A DNA stretch of 64,000 nt from Phoronis australis. Taxonomy: Eukaryota; Animalia; Phoronida. This document shows positions 25,726-39,709 of the stretch, piece after piece. How positions within the stretch are numbered: the first letter of the stretch is position 1; each line of letters starts with the position of its first letter. Below the pieces are notes generated by a model that did not search any database, was not told where the DNA came from, and saw only the letters and a program-made list of their open reading frames with translations. The stretch lies in the NCBI GenBank assembly GCA_002633005.1, contig NMRA01000025.1, forward strand, positions 1,219,160 through 1,283,159. The letters are read 5' to 3'. The position numbers and the translations under genes are program-made.

Positions 25726-27553
25726 TTTTGGTTTTTACTTTCTTCGGCCCGTTTTCAGCGCTTTCAGAAGCTCTGCAATGAATAAAATTTGTAACTAAGT
25801 GATTGATATTGTCCCCATGGTATCTCAAATATTTGGGCAGACATCGAATACGAAGAGTACTGGCACAAAGACGCATAGGCGTATTAGGCACGCGGCAGGA
25901 CAAGCAGTTGCTTCCCATCGCAGTCTGACAAAAATTATGGAAAATTTAGGAAACTATTATAGAAACTAAGGGTAAGGCAGCATCCAATGGAATAACACAA
26001 GAGAGAAAGAGACATTACTGAAGCCGCATTTATAGCAAAACGTACAGAAAAGGGACCAATGAAGATTAAACAGAGAACTTCTGTCAACTATTGATGTGGA
26101 AAGAAACAGTTGACACATTGCACATAGCCCTTGACGACAGTCAACATACCAAATTTCAACTAGAGCTTTTCGAAGCGAAAACTGGGCTACATTCGCCAAA
26201 AAACGATTGGCCTTAAGATTTTAATGAGATGTACGTTGTTTGTGAATTTCGCGTCGATCGGAAGAAAATGCCACCAGCAACGTACGTACCGACAAACAAA
26301 CAAGCAACTAAGAAACAGACACATTTCACTACAATGCAACCTACTTGGTGAGATCTCATTTCGTCAAGTAAATAACCTAGAAATAATAACGTTCACAACT
26401 ACGTAGTAACTGGTCCACTGATTACTAAACATTGCATTGTTCAGCCACCAATGGTGTGACAGGATTTTTCAATTGAAGTCTTTTAGTTGCAAGCATCCAT
26501 CGACAGTTAAATTTACTACTTCTGTTTTGAAAATATCGATTAGTATAGTCGCTAAAAAACGAAAATGAAACCAACAATTTTTATAAGCTATTTAGCTTGC
26601 ACAATGCAACTATTTCTCGAATATATCGTGACAACGTATACTCACAAAAGATGAAAAGATTAGTTCTATCGCACTTTTTGAGAAGTTATTTTTGATGTTT
26701 TAAAGTTTCTCACATAAAACATTTTTAATTATTTAAAAATAAAAGATGAGGAAGTGTAAACTCATAGTGGGTTACAAAATGTTTAGCTGCTGAAATTCAA
26801 ACACTGAGATGGGACGGGTGTGAACGTGCCCCCACCCGCCAGGGTCTCTTTATTCCTGATTGATTTTTACTGGCGACGAAGGAGTTGAATTTTATTATTG
26901 AACTGAAGCACGGTAATTGTTCATCGATATATTCAGCCATATATTTCTTCTCCGAGCCCGGTGAATTTTTAAGTTGTTTCATGAATGTAACATTGAACTG
27001 AAAGCGCGGTAATTCGGGGATTTGATAACTGCTGAACTTTTCCGAAATTGTAATCGAAAACTTAAAAACTGAAGGAATGCTTTGACGGGAACGTGAATTT
27101 GTTTTTATTCCGGGGCGCATTTATATATTTTGACGGATTTAACCTCCGTATAGGTCAATTCTGAATGTTATTCATAGCTGTGTTCTTTGCAAATTAGTGT
27201 AAAAATGGCTATTTGCTTCCGGAAGGAAGACATTCCACAAATTTATAACCCGATCTGTTGAGCTTACTGGCTAGAAGTCTGCCGAGAAAAACAACAACGT
27301 CGCCTTCTGTTTAATGTCGACGTCAAGGTCAAGACTGCAATAGGTTTCTTGTTGGGGACACCGAGTCCTGTATGTGTTTACTTTGTATTTTTAAATAGTA
27401 GTATCATATAAAGTTTCGCATAAAGCTCTCAAATTCGTTTTAAAGAATACAGGTGCTGAACAGGTCACTTAAAAGGTAACTGACACCGAGGATCAAATGT
27501 ATGTATGTAGAGACAGACAGACAGTTTCAGTTATTTAGCGATTCATAATACAA

Positions 27554-27555
<2 letters not shown>

Positions 27556-27584
<29 letters not shown>

Positions 27585-27598
27585 TGTACATGTATGTA
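27556..27598. repeat. (TATG)n microsatellite
   Basis: Visible run. Confidence 0.9.
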
Positions 27599-29959
27599 AT
27601 GTACAACAATATAAACTTGGTTGAAGGCACGACGGTACTTGTTTGTTAGACGGCTATATGCATTCGCTCCCATTCCCTATACAATCTCCGACGTGCAGCT
27701 ATAGAAGCAAGTCGGTCGTCAAGAGACATTACGATGTTTTACAGAGCTTTATGGAGACCATCTCTCCTAATCATTGGCCACACGCTTTGAAAGTCCCTAC
27801 TGGCATCATGCGGGAAAGTTCAATTGTCGGTTCCAACTCTTCTTAATTGCTTCACATTTCCAACAGCAATCCGTTGGTGACAATTTTTAGTGGTTTCTCA
27901 TGTTTCCGTCCTAGGTATATTTGCTGTCATGGGTCAAGTTTGGTGCCCAGTAGAGCCGTGTTTGAGCTCAATTTGTGGGATCCACAACCTAAGTGCATAC
28001 ACCGAAAGCAGCTGTAATGGTAAAATTAAAGGCAAGTAGGCGCCTAAAGCTCATCTCATTACCTTGAGCGCTGAACGTAACTGGCGATGCGTAGGCGCTA
28101 CGTTCAAATGCCAAAAGGTGGTTGGTTGTGCCTACGTGCGCCTACGTCCCACTACAGCACTGACCGACAGACATTAAAATCTGTACGAAAACTCTAAGTG
28201 CTCCCAGCCAAGTGTCCAGTGGGGTTCGGCTCAGGAAATGACCCCTTCAAAAGGTCAATGACATTCAAGCAATGCTAACAATTGTGTGATAGGCCAGTCG
28301 TACTTTTCCTAACTCTAGTGCACAACGACCACAGGTATACAATCACCTTGATGCATCAAGATTTGAGAAAATATTCCGCAACGAATAAGTTCGTCTCCCT
28401 AGCGAGTCCGTAGGAAAACGCTTGGGTGTTAACTTAATTGTCGAATATCTTCTCAATCTTGTTGATTTCACGAAAAGGTGAGTACTTGTAGACTAGCCAA
28501 GAAAACCTGGGAGTATCCGGCGGCCAATTCAAAACAGCGACTCTACCTGCATAGGGTCCCGGCACCGCGTTTTCGTCCCAGGCGTCGCAAATCCAGAGAA
28601 TTACTGTCCCAGAAAACAACTTACGGTTCTTCTAGGTCGAGAGAGCTGTGGTGTTATCAAGTGTTTCTGTCAATGTTTTCGACTCCGCGACCTAGTTTTC
28701 GTCAAGACGAACTCAACGCAAACTGCAGACTGTTCAATAGCTAACGGGCGGGTCATTCGCAGTGAAGCCTGACTATTGACATTGGTCGACTACGGATCTG
28801 TCTCCGCTCAAGTAAAACCTCGGACAATAAAACAGGTTCGTTGTCCGAGAGTAAACTCAACATAGGAAGTGCTTGAAAAAGAATTAAGCAACATTAAACC
28901 CGTGCTTTTGTAAAAACAGCCCTGATTTGGGCCCGTTAGCGTTGAAAATTCCGTCTTATCTTGTTTATCACTGACAAAGATACTATATCTATAAAATCTT
29001 TGTCACTGAGAGTAGAAGTGATCTCTGCGCTCGGAAATTTAAAGTTGTTTTTGTGATGCCTTAATGGAAGACAGGTTTGTAGTCGCTGTACATGGGCCAC
29101 TCCGAATATGTATATTCGAGACGAGCAAATTCCCCAGAGCCTTTTTCAGACTGAACCGTGACTTACACGATTTTTGTGAGGATAGAAATTCTGCGAACGA
29201 GCGTCATTTTTGCTACGAATCATACAAGTTGGTCATTTGTAAGGTTGTGTTATTTCGTTCAAGAGCAAAATCCATAAATTAAGGAGTTTCGGCTAAACAC
29301 TAATTTATACAGCTCCGTGTTCGTAAAACGAGACTGTGAAAAACTGCTCAGTACTAAAATATATGAGGGCGATTTTTTTCGCGAATACGCATGTGTGAAA
29401 AGCTGATTTGTTTTCGTGTGACCCTGAGAAAATAATATGAAACTTAAAAAGATCCCGGTCAATCAACACACAACGCCAGAAATCAACGCAACACGTAAGT
29501 GAATGCTACACTAAATCAGTAATTTCTTGAGGTTTATTGCGAAGCAACGCAATGTTCAAAGGGGTTTGAGTCTTAAAAAATATGTTCTTTGAAACGAAAT
29601 ACTAATTTCTTGCCCACTAGGAGTAGCTACATATGTGGTAATATCCTTCTACCATTAACATTTATAAACAAATCTCTCAGTGGTTAATGGCAGAGTTATC
29701 AGAGTTATCAAACGTAAAATTCTAATCACGGGGGAGGTGTGGGGGAGGGGCAGACGCGAAATCATATGACCGGGAGGAAGGCCTTTTTGCGAAAGGACAG
29801 AGGAGTAAGGCCCTGTTGTACACCCCTCCCCAGTGGATACGCTAGTATTGCTTCCAATGGTGCCACTCACACAGGTCATCGGATCTTAGTTACCTTGGAG
29901 ACACAGGTGACCCAAGGCTCAAACCATATATAGCCACAATTAAGTTCAATAACACGCTA

Positions 29960-30086
29960 GGAGCTCGCTAGAAAAGTAAGACTTTGCGAGATTGCGCGAG
30001 ATATTGTCGTGTATTTTCAATGAAAGCACGTACGCGATCTTGGCTAGATTTTTCTCGCCGCGAGGCTGCTATTGAGTTTTACCCTG
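29960..30086 (+). mobile_element. MITE family B fragment (related copies near 32670-32765 reversed, 33780-33845, 51840-51960, 60215-60350 reversed)
   Basis: Shared blocks TTTGCGAGATT.C..GAGATATTG.CGTGTATTTT, TTGGCTAGATTTT and TACTGAACTYTAYCCTG. Confidence 0.6.
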
Positions 30087-30547
30087 TTAACGAAACATCT
30101 CTTCTACCAGTCTGAGAACACGCCTTTCTACCCATGTCTCGTTTCATTGTCTTTGTTATTCGGGGAAACCATGATAACGCCACCAAACGGAAATCCAGAG
30201 ATGTCTCACTCATCTGAAATTCGAGACTTAAACTAGTGTCCTAAATAGCCCATGAGCAACTATTTGTGAGTGTCCTCACCGCCTTTCGGACGCATAATAT
30301 ACGGAATAAGGTTTACTGAACTCTGATATACTGTCAGGTTACGTGTTTTGGTTTACCATGCAGTTTACTCCGATTAGCTAGGGCACGCTATAGTTGTTTA
30401 GTTTGCGTATCAATAAGATCATAAAGTCTCATAGAAATACCTTGTAAGTGTTGCAGGCCGGTTTGATTGGTGTCGAGAATATCGCAGTACTCGATAGTCT
30501 TTTTAAAAAAGTTGTCAATAAATGAAGTCATCCCTAACGTCTCAAAT

Positions 30548-30630
30548 TATATATATATATACATATACATATATGTATATATATATACACACACACACAC
30601 ATACACATACACACACATATATACATATAC

Positions 30631-30661
<31 letters not shown>

Positions 30662-30710
30662 TATACATATATATACATATATATACATACACATACACAC
30701 ACACACACGC

Positions 30711-30763
<53 letters not shown>

Positions 30764-30770
30764 AATATAT
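30548..30770. repeat. Compound (TA)n/(CA)n microsatellite
   Basis: Visible run. Confidence 0.95.
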
Positions 30771-31324
30771 AGCCCCACCAAAACTTAATCCATTGATTTG
30801 CCGTCGAGAGACCAAACAGGAAACTGGCACTTGGTTATCGTCTTGATTGTTGTGGAGGAAGGTCCGCAACACCTCAAGATTAGCACATAGTTTGCCCTTA
30901 TAATTGCAGGGAGACACATTTTAATGTTTTTGCATATAACATTGGGGTTGATTGTTCTTTGCGGCTACTTCTAACTACATGACAGGCATAGGCAACCTAT
31001 TAATGCATCCATGAATGCAAACGCCAAACGACTTGTCCTTGACCTCGATGTCAGAGTGCCATCTGCGCTGGCCCAGTTTATACGATGCATGGTACTGCCT
31101 ATTGTCAGTTGAGGTACTCGTGTGTAGATTCTTTCCAATTTCTGACAGCTCTCGCTCGACGACGTCACAAATATCATTTACGTCACTTATACATGGCTCC
31201 GGGCTCCCTAACGCACCGTAGTAACCATTGTCTCTGACTGATTTTTTCGAAAAAACAAAAGGAATTCTTGAGTGCTTCATTTATTTACGATTATAGGTAC
31301 TCTTTGTCACATCCTTGTTTATGT

Positions 31325-31581
31325 CACTAGCGCATCCCCCCCCCCCCCATTTGGCGTAGAGGGCAAAAAAGGTCCGCCCCAGAGAAACAAATAGTCCGAG
31401 GAGACAAAAGTCTTCGCTACTGATGAGGCGCAAACACACAGTTCGCAGCACGTACAACAATAGACCGTGGTACTGTTGTTTTTTGTTTTTTTTTAGTCGA
31501 CTGACTATTTTGTTTGTAAAAGGTCCACATCGGCCACGAATTCGAGCCCCCCCACCATGTTGAAGGCTGGGTGCTCGCATG
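31325..31581 (+). mobile_element. MITE family A copy
   Basis: Degenerate left end, family-typical interior, right TIR CTGGGTGCTCGCATG; flanks TATGT/GATGT (4 of 5 match). Confidence 0.75.
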
Positions 31582-31728
31582 GATGTGACACGAATCTCTC
31601 AGAAGGTAATTCAATGTACCTGTTATTGTGCTACTGAATACATGAGAGGCTTGAGAATCACGTGGAATTCAATCCAAGGTCTAACTGCTGTGAGTGAACT
31701 TGGAATCCTGCTTAATCTCAAGATTAAG

Positions 31729-32077
31729 CGGACGTGAGTGTTGCGTGAACTTGGAATTGAATATTCTTGTAGGCAAAATGGTGACATTTTTGTTCGGTGA
31801 AATTTTTTTTTTTGTAATTATTCGCCTCGCGATCAACCATTTTCTCCTTCACCGTAACTCGTGTCGCTCAACTGGAGGAATATGTGAATGGTTATATCAT
31901 TATTGTTTGGTGAAATTGATTGCCCATAGTCGAAAAGGTTGCTTAAAATTGACATTAGTTTATTCAAATGTAACTTGATTTAGTGCAGTGCAAATTTTTA
32001 TGAACATGAACGTGATTATTTGAGTGAACTTGTCAAGTTGCGTCACGTATTCCAAGTTCACGCAACACTCACTTCCG
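31729..32077. mobile_element. MITE family C with 29-bp TIRs
   Basis: CGGACGTGAGTGTTGCGTGAACTTGGAAT (31729-31757) versus ATTCCAAGTTCACGCAACACTCACTTCCG (32049-32077), one mismatch. A partial related copy lies near 62150-62240. Confidence 0.7.
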
Positions 32078-32146
32078 TAGAAATGTCGTTGGCGAAGTAT
32101 TGAAGCTAGTATCAGATCACAGGAACATATTGCTCAATATGTAGTC

Positions 32147-32599
32147 ATGTCAACAATTCTAGACGATTGCTTATATTACAAGCATACGTTCGACTCTCTT
32201 CGAGACCTGCTGACAAGTGCACCCATACTGAGACTACCTGATTTCAGTAAACCCTTTATCGTTCAGACTGATGCGTCAGATATTGGTATAGGGTGTATGT
32301 TGTTGCAGGACTATGATGATGGCAGGTTCCTAGTGGCATGTGCTAGTAACTTACGGAAATTGTTGCCTCGGGAACGGAACTACTCAGTCATTGAGAGAAA
32401 ATGTCTGACTACTGTCTTTCCCATTAGAAAATTTGAAAAATACTGTTATCGTAAAGAATTCGTCATTCATACTGAACATGAACCTCAGTCTTCAACATTC
32501 CAAAGAGTAAGTTTAGGCAATGGACGCATCATGACGTGGGCCTTGTTTTTGCAAAACTATCGATTTAAGTTTGAAGCCACTAAACAAAACAACATTTAG
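32147..32599 (+). mobile_element. Gypsy/Ty3 LTR-retrotransposon pol fragment (RT connection/RNase H)
   Basis: LTSAPILRLPDFSKPFIVQTDASDIGIGCMLLQ...KLLPRERNYSVIERKCL...FVIHTEH...RIMTWALFLQNYRF; degenerate and isolated. Confidence 0.9.
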
Positions 32600-33185
32600 A
32601 CGTGTTGCCAAGTTTTGTACATGTAGAGGCACTGAGAAAAATGTTTTTACGATTGACCTACATGTAAGTCTGGGTAGAGTTCAGTAGCTGTCTCGCAGCT
32701 GCAGAGATCTAGCCAAAATCAGGTGTTCTCCTTTATAATACATTGCAACATCTCACGTAACCTCTAGTCCGGGAGCGAGGGTGTTTTTGGAATTTAAAGG
32801 TCTCAGACTGCAGAGCACACACTACACAAAATATTTTCTTACTTCGTACTCAAAAAAGAGAATCTACAAATTCATCGTGCTACAGCCTTCAAACAGATTT
32901 CATTTGATTCATTGACAACAGAAACATGGGTGTAAATATTTATAACTAACCTCTGGTGTCTGATGCAGCAGTTATAAGCACAAGTAGAATATTGAATATA
33001 GCTACTGTAATTTGTGTAAGTTATCAATTACACAATGATGACCATCAAAACAGGAGATATCAGTACTCGAAAATAATCTACATGTAATGCCCGTAAGGAA
33101 ATTATTAGCAGAAACAGTATTTGAAATACTGATGCAAATTCACCATGCAACAACTTGCAAACTGATTTCATTAATTGACCACAGA

Positions 33186-33415
33186 AACATTGGTGCAGAC
33201 GTTAAAATAGTTAACATGGGTGCAGACGTTAAAATAGTTAACATGGGGTGCAGACGTTAAAATAGTTAACATGGGTGCAGACGTTAAAATAGCTAACATG
33301 GGTGCAGACGTTAAAATAGTTAACATGGGTGCAGACGTTAAAATAGTTAACATGGGTGCAGACGTTAAAATAGTTAACATGGGGTGCAGACGTTAAATTA
33401 TTTAACATGGGGTGC
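33186..33415. repeat. 27-bp minisatellite (AACATGGGTGCAGACGTTAAAATAGTT), ~8.5 units
   Basis: Directly visible near-perfect tandem units. Confidence 0.95.
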
Positions 33416-36400
33416 TTGGTACATATACTTCAGCTATAACCAACAGTAGAATTTTGAATAATGGTGGCCTTAATTTGCATATATTGTGCAAATTCACTTT
33501 GCATTCACCAGCTATTGAGGTCCATTAAATTCACTGACCATGAAAGCATGGGTGAAAACATTAAAGTAACCTGTCTGCAGTGCTTGGTACAGGGTGTTAT
33601 AAGCAAAAATATAATTTTGAATAATGGTGGCCTTAATTTGCATACTTAAAACAGCTCAAGGGTTGCAAACGGTCACCCCCTAAATAATGATTACCTATGC
33701 CTAGGTTACATGAAACAGCAAAGAAAAAGTTTATCCAGCAGATCCAGGTTAAGCAAAAAACAGCATTTGGCTCCTGGACTAGTCGCGAAGTCTTGTTTTA
33801 GCGGGGTCCTAGCGAGGTCTCAGCGTTTACTGAACTTTATCCTGTTGTCTCCATTTAATCTGCCTATTTACTGTAATAAGCACCAAGATTATGATTTATA
33901 TGCGTGTCTTCACCGCAGGAAGTCAAACTAAATTTTTCATCAAGCAGTCATTCGACTGGGTTGTTATGTTTTGGATTTTCTAATAACAAGCATTCGTCCA
34001 AAATTGCTCGACCCATTTCTTCAAATGACAATCGGGAAGCGGCAGCCGACCAAAAGGTTCACTTAATTGCAGTACCACCAGCATTGGGTTCTATTGCAAT
34101 GGCTTGCTATTTAATAAAGCGTTTAATGTAATATGTAATAGAATAACTAGGTAAAGTAATGATTTGGTGGAGTGGCCATTGAGAAAGTGTTTGTCCTTGT
34201 CCCATTGTTAGAGCGGATAGACAGCTGTATAGTTGGCTTCTGGCTAAGGTTGTAAAATCTTGATTGCTGTTCATAAGGTTATTAAATTGGCTACAGAAAC
34301 GTTTGTGCGATTCCCTTAGATTAATAATTGGGCAACGAAGCTAAACGCAAAACCGATCTTCGGGCCTTAATAACATGATGCCTCGGGTAAATTACCGAAA
34401 ATATCCCGGGGAGCAAGACAGATGTCATATAGATTTCAGTATCAATTTTATTTTGATCTAAGTCTTTATTACGAATTAGGTTGGGTACTGCTTCTCACAT
34501 TAAACGAACGTTTTTAGCCTGGATTTACATTGTGCCGTACTCGTGTTGCTGTATGCTGCTGTAATGGAACCGAAAGGTCAAGGTCATGGAAATGGACTAC
34601 GTCTACACACGGGCAATTTGTATGTAAACTAGTAATCACGAAAGGAGGCTGGTGCCCAAGCTGACATGTGAAATGAATTGTACGCTCATGCTGATAAGGA
34701 ATTGATGAGCCCCTTTACTTTTCTCTATGGCTGGCCGAAATGAGAGATCCAATTTACTTTCAATTACTGTAATATTAGAACCCAGTAGCAAAATCGTGCA
34801 AACCAGTTACAGTTTAATGTTCGACAATATGGATGACATTTCCTGCAAAGTCGGCATGGAATTCTTGATACAAATATTAAAGAATCTCAAAATCATTACA
34901 TGCTGACTGTCACTTATCTATCAGCCGTTGTCACCGTTTGTTAGGGTTTCTCTTGCTGAAGCGAGACAGCGCGAAAGGTCAAACATAAGAATTCACAAAA
35001 CCGGCGATAAACCATTTTTGTTTCTACAAATAGATGCCCTTTTCCCATTTGAAATTGGTCACAGCAACTCACCTAGAATTCTCTTCTAATGGCGACTGAA
35101 ACTAACCAAACGTGGCAAGCAACTAAATGGGCATGAGAACTAAGTTAACACAATTACACTCGTACTGCATACATAGAAAGTTCAACTACTTTTGTGGACA
35201 TAGTATGATTTATAACTCTATGAGCAAAGCATAATTCATACAAATACAGTAAATAACGCATGAGTTCCTAAGATGAGCTGGTCAGTGAATGTAATTCATT
35301 AAATAAATTTTATTTAACCTAATTCTTCAGGTTCTTATTCAGCACAAAAATAATTTTCAAAAATGTCCTTTGCTCTTTTCCATATGCTGATTAGCTTGAC
35401 ACAGTTTATGGAAAGTTACCCAAATGTTGTTCATTGTATCGAAGTTTTTCTGTGGGAACTGGAACAATTATATAGGTATGCCTATTTTTCTGCATCAAAA
35501 GCAAAAGTTTACTAGACACAAAAAATAAGAAAATTGAAATTAAATAACAAGCTGTTGTTTACGTTTGCGTGAAAAATCCCCTCGTAAAATATTTCTACCC
35601 TGGTTGAGATGTTTTCCATAATGCAGAAAAATCGAAAATTTGTAAATGCCAGAAAAAGTGCATGTCATCTTTCTCGTTTCTGTTGGCGGTCTTTGACTCG
35701 GGCACTCCCACCTGACGAAGAAGTATTTGCTTTTTGATTGTATATACTGTTCATGAGATGTGATGTTGTTTTTTCTACTGAAGAAAATGTTGAAGTTAAT
35801 GAACACGTGTTCCATAGTCGCCAACATTCGAGAATGAAAAAACAAGACACATCGATTGAAAACCAAGGCAACTGGATACAAAGCTGGGCATCTGGGTCTA
35901 TGGCAAAACGCAAGGGTGAAATATTCGCCGTAACACACAAAAATGTCTCGACAGCGTTTTTTGTCGAACGGGAAACGTTACACCCGACGATGTTTTTCTA
36001 TTTGATTTTAATTGAACAGGCATTTGCAGGTGCCTCAATTTCTTATTAGTGGAACGGGAAAATAGGGCTATGTCGAATGGGAAATTACTGTAATATGTTA
36101 TAATATGTCATTGTCGACGTGTGTCAAAAAGCGGGACATCTTGATGGTGTGGCGGGATGGCGGGAAAATTCAAAATGCGGAACAATTGACAAGTGCATTG
36201 TACGCTGTCAGCAACACATAGTATTGGATTGGATTTTTACAAGGTGTTTTTTTTTCATTTTTTAAATTTTATTTCACAGTGTAGGTAAATACTACATATA
36301 ACATTCACTGCTCAGAAATCGAATAAACAAAATAATATTTGGGCAACAGGTAAACATTGCACGAGTAAATTATTATAGTAATCGTTGGAAATAGTGATAA

Positions 36401-36691
36401 TTGATGCAAACATCAACACCAGTAGTTTTTCGTAAGTCACGTAAACACAGGAATAGGGCGTAAACTTCATTTAGTACTGCAGAATAAAGACTCAGAAACC
36501 AAAAGTCACTTTTTTGTAAAATACAGTAACTTGGTTTTAACACCCAAAAATTTCTTGTTGAAGAACTCCTAGCATGTAGTTTGATAGGGTGTCGAAAGTG
36601 ATTCTAAGACTAGAGATGAAAATATATCAGAGGCCAGACTATTCTCTGTATCCGGCCAGGGCCACGGGTCAGTTTGTTGAATAATTCTACG

Positions 36692-36701
36692 GGGAAATCC
36701 C
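36692..36701 (+). promoter_or_regulatory. kappaB-type motif GGGAAATCCC ~1.1 kb upstream of the Cys-rich peptide gene
   Basis: Matches the GGGRNWYYCC consensus; function untested. Confidence 0.3.
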
Positions 36702-37000
36702 TGGTTGTCTAGAACAGTAGCTTAAGAGTCGTGCTTTGTGAAGAAAAATGTCTAAATGAAGTTGAAGCAATGGACTTGGGTTTTAACTCGGGCATCAACG
36801 AATTGACTCGCTGACAACGTCGGTTATTTGTGACTTAACCCACAATAACATAAGGAATTTCGTTGTTTAATGGCACTGGTTAAATCTTATGATCTCAAGT
36901 TCTATATCTATGATAACAGAACATCAATTATTTTGATTTATTACCCTGCGACAACAATACATGCTTATCTAAACGAGCAATTAGGTGAGGTTATTATTTA

Positions 37001-37394
37001 CAAAGTGTCCCAAAATATGTATTTATATTTCAGTACAATGCCGGGAGTTTAAGTTTAGTTCCCGTGCAAAAGACTCTGCGCCAGGTGTACTGTAGGGTTA
37101 CACCTTGTCACGTGAGCCGTCACGTGAGCTGTCACGTGCATCTACTATATGCTCGAGGAGGGCAAAAAAACGAAAATTTACCGCGAAATGGTACTGATAA
37201 CTCCAAAACGTCAAGGAAATGCAAAAACAAATTATTTTCTCCCAAAGCTAATAAACAATGCTTTTAGTTTGGTCTGAAGGCTTTAAAATTCCTTTTTGAT
37301 CATCTCTTCACGAATTCGAAGCATAAAGTTTGCTGGTGAAATAAACTACTCTGTTATTGACATCTGAAATGTAGGGACATTTTGGGACACACTG
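37001..37394. mobile_element. Tc1/mariner-type MITE with TA TSD
   Basis: TA|CAAAGTGTCCCAAAATATGT ... ACATTTTGGGACACACTG|TA inverted termini. Confidence 0.7.
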
Positions 37395-37791
37395 TATATT
37401 TGACAACGTGTCGCTGTTAATTGAATGCTATTATAAATGGGAAGTAATTGTGCTCTTTAAATTCCTAAAATACACACCGTGAGAATTAAAGTCAAATCTA
37501 GCCTATTGGTGCTAACTGTTATTAAATATTGCTTCATTTGAAATTGTGAAATGTTATCAATGATTAATTACGGTGTGAATTTTCATATGATGAATGCTCA
37601 TTTTGAAAATTCATGATAAATCAGTAAACAAAGGTGCCCTGCTATCCTTAAGCATCCGTAGAAAACACGTGATCGGTAACCGTTATTGGGGATAAAAATA
37701 GAGAACGTTGGAGATGCGTTCACTAGAGAGATAGGAGACACTACACGACAGATGTTCAGAGTCATATAGATATAGTTGCAGTTGTCTAGAT

Positions 37792-39268
37792 ATGGATTCC
37801 AAACTGTATACAGTGGTTGTTCTTGCTGCAGTCTTGTGTCTAATAGCTGCTGAAGGTAAGCCAACCTCACGTTGCAGAATAGTGGGTAGGACTACAACAA
37901 GTTTCTTCAGACCTTTCTCACTCTAGCAAATCTGAACGTCAAAAACAGCTAGGAATCGATGTGATTGATCAGTAAACAATTTAAAGTTGTCCTGTTTAGC
38001 TGGCAAAAAACGGAAAGCGAATTCGGTCTTTTATTTTTTATAAAATTGGTCTCATAACTAATTTCTGACACAAAGAAGAATATCGAAACCTTTAGCGACT
38101 CGTGAAAACCGTTCAGGTTTATTAAGATTGGCCAACCCTAAAATTGCAATTGGAAAACGGTGCACGTACGCATTGCTGGCAAAGGAGATGGAAACTTACC
38201 ATAGTGAAGAATAATATGAGATCGATTATACGAGAGCAAGGTCAAAGGTCAGTTTAATCGAAGGAAAGATACGACGGTTTTTCTGTTACCCGAAACTCGA
38301 TTTGCGTCTCGTGTTAACTTTATACCAAAAAAGCTAGACCGACCGCCCATACCTTCTGTAAATCCAGCATTCATTTTCTTTGTTCTTTGCAGTAAACAAA
38401 AAGAACATTATTATTCCACGTATTTGACGAACGTCGGTCATAAAAAAAATGTTTTCGCGCCGGTAACAAAGACGAATTTACTCAAGGAAGACAGGAGTTT
38501 TTAGTGGAGCATTATGGGCACAGAAAGTAATTTTCTTAGATCAGTCTGATCTCAGCATCTAAAACGGTACCCCCGCGTTTGCATACTGAAACTCTGATTG
38601 CTGATTTCAGTCATAGTCGATAAAAGTCTAAATACTTTACGCGCATTTAACAGAGAGAATTTGTGATTAGAATTCGGTCAATTTTATTTAGTTACATAAG
38701 AGGGACGTTTATCATTCAGACGCAAGTAACTCGTCTTTGTTTATTTCACACAGAAATAAATCTCGGGAAAAATGTAAAAAACATTTGGACTAACAAAACA
38801 TCTGAACTCAAACTTTCACCAGTCACATCATACAATTACTTCTGGAAAATCCTCAAAAATGACTCAAATGAGCGGTACTCCAGCCCGTATCTGAAAAAAG
38901 ATTCGCATGAAGGGCAATATTTAAGGAATTCGATCCACGGTTGTGCCTTCAACTGCATTAATGTCTTTATGGTAACAGAACGATTTTTTCTTTTTGTTGG
39001 TAAATATTGGTTTGTTTTCTTTTCAGAATTCGCTGGGTGCTCTAACCTATGCAAGATATTCTGTGAAGACGATGCAGCTACGTTTAAGGAAAATGTCAAC
39101 CCTGAAGAATCACAGTGCTCTTGTCGCGTTCGTGAACCACAGAGCGGCCCAGAGGAATTGGAGAAAAAGTGCGATGGCGAGTGCAATGCTGCTTGTAAAG
39201 CGTACGGATTTCCAATCGGCATGTTTTCCATGAGTGACAACTTGAAATGCTCCTGCGCACGGGGTTAA
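37792..39268 (+). CDS. Secreted Cys-rich peptide with two tandem CS-alpha-beta-like (defensin/scorpion-toxin-like) modules, ~101 aa
   Basis: Exon 1 37792-37855 MDSKLYTVVVLAAVLCLIAAE with phase-1 donor G|gtaagc. Exon 2 39027-39268 follows ttttcttttcag in matching phase: EFAGCSNLCKIFC(X17)CSC...CDGECNAAC(X17)CSCARG*. Confidence 0.75.
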
Positions 39269-39709
39269 AAGACAGTGCTTTTTAACCTTAACATGAGTCA
39301 ATAAGAAACGGTATGATATCCGTTGGTAACAAAATAAATGACGTAACTGCCACAAGACTACTGGTTTACAACTTGCTTTAGGAGAGTCAGTATTTCAGTC
39401 ACAGCTGTAACCTTTCAAACTGAATATTTTATTACTTGAAAAAATCATGTATACGTTGAAATTAGAAATGAATTCACTTTACCAAAAGGCACACACGGCA
39501 CATTTATTCAAAGCATCCTGTTTCTTCATATACGTACATCATTCATGCTGTATTTCAGTAACGAATCATAGTTTACATTGTTTGAAAAATGTTTAGTGTT
39601 GATTTTTTGTTAGTATGGTATTTTATGATAGCGCGCCACATCAAATTTCACAAAGGTGCTATATTAAGTAAAGGGCAGTCCCAACTGTAGCTGTAACTAA
39701 TTCAAAATA

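Noticed and set aside
30467-30917. YI/HT/CV-rich ORFs (also 20499-20866 and 53958-54333)
   Set aside because: Translations of microsatellites or N runs.
33186-33415. 27-bp repeat array as a CRISPR array or repeat protein (MLTILTSAP)n
   Set aside because: Units are contiguous with no unique spacers, the context is eukaryotic, and 28-bp units break the frame; it is a minisatellite.
38663-39026. N-terminal part of the 201-aa ORF
   Set aside because: GTG start, AT-rich, and ending in a strong polypyrimidine/AG acceptor; read-through of an intron.
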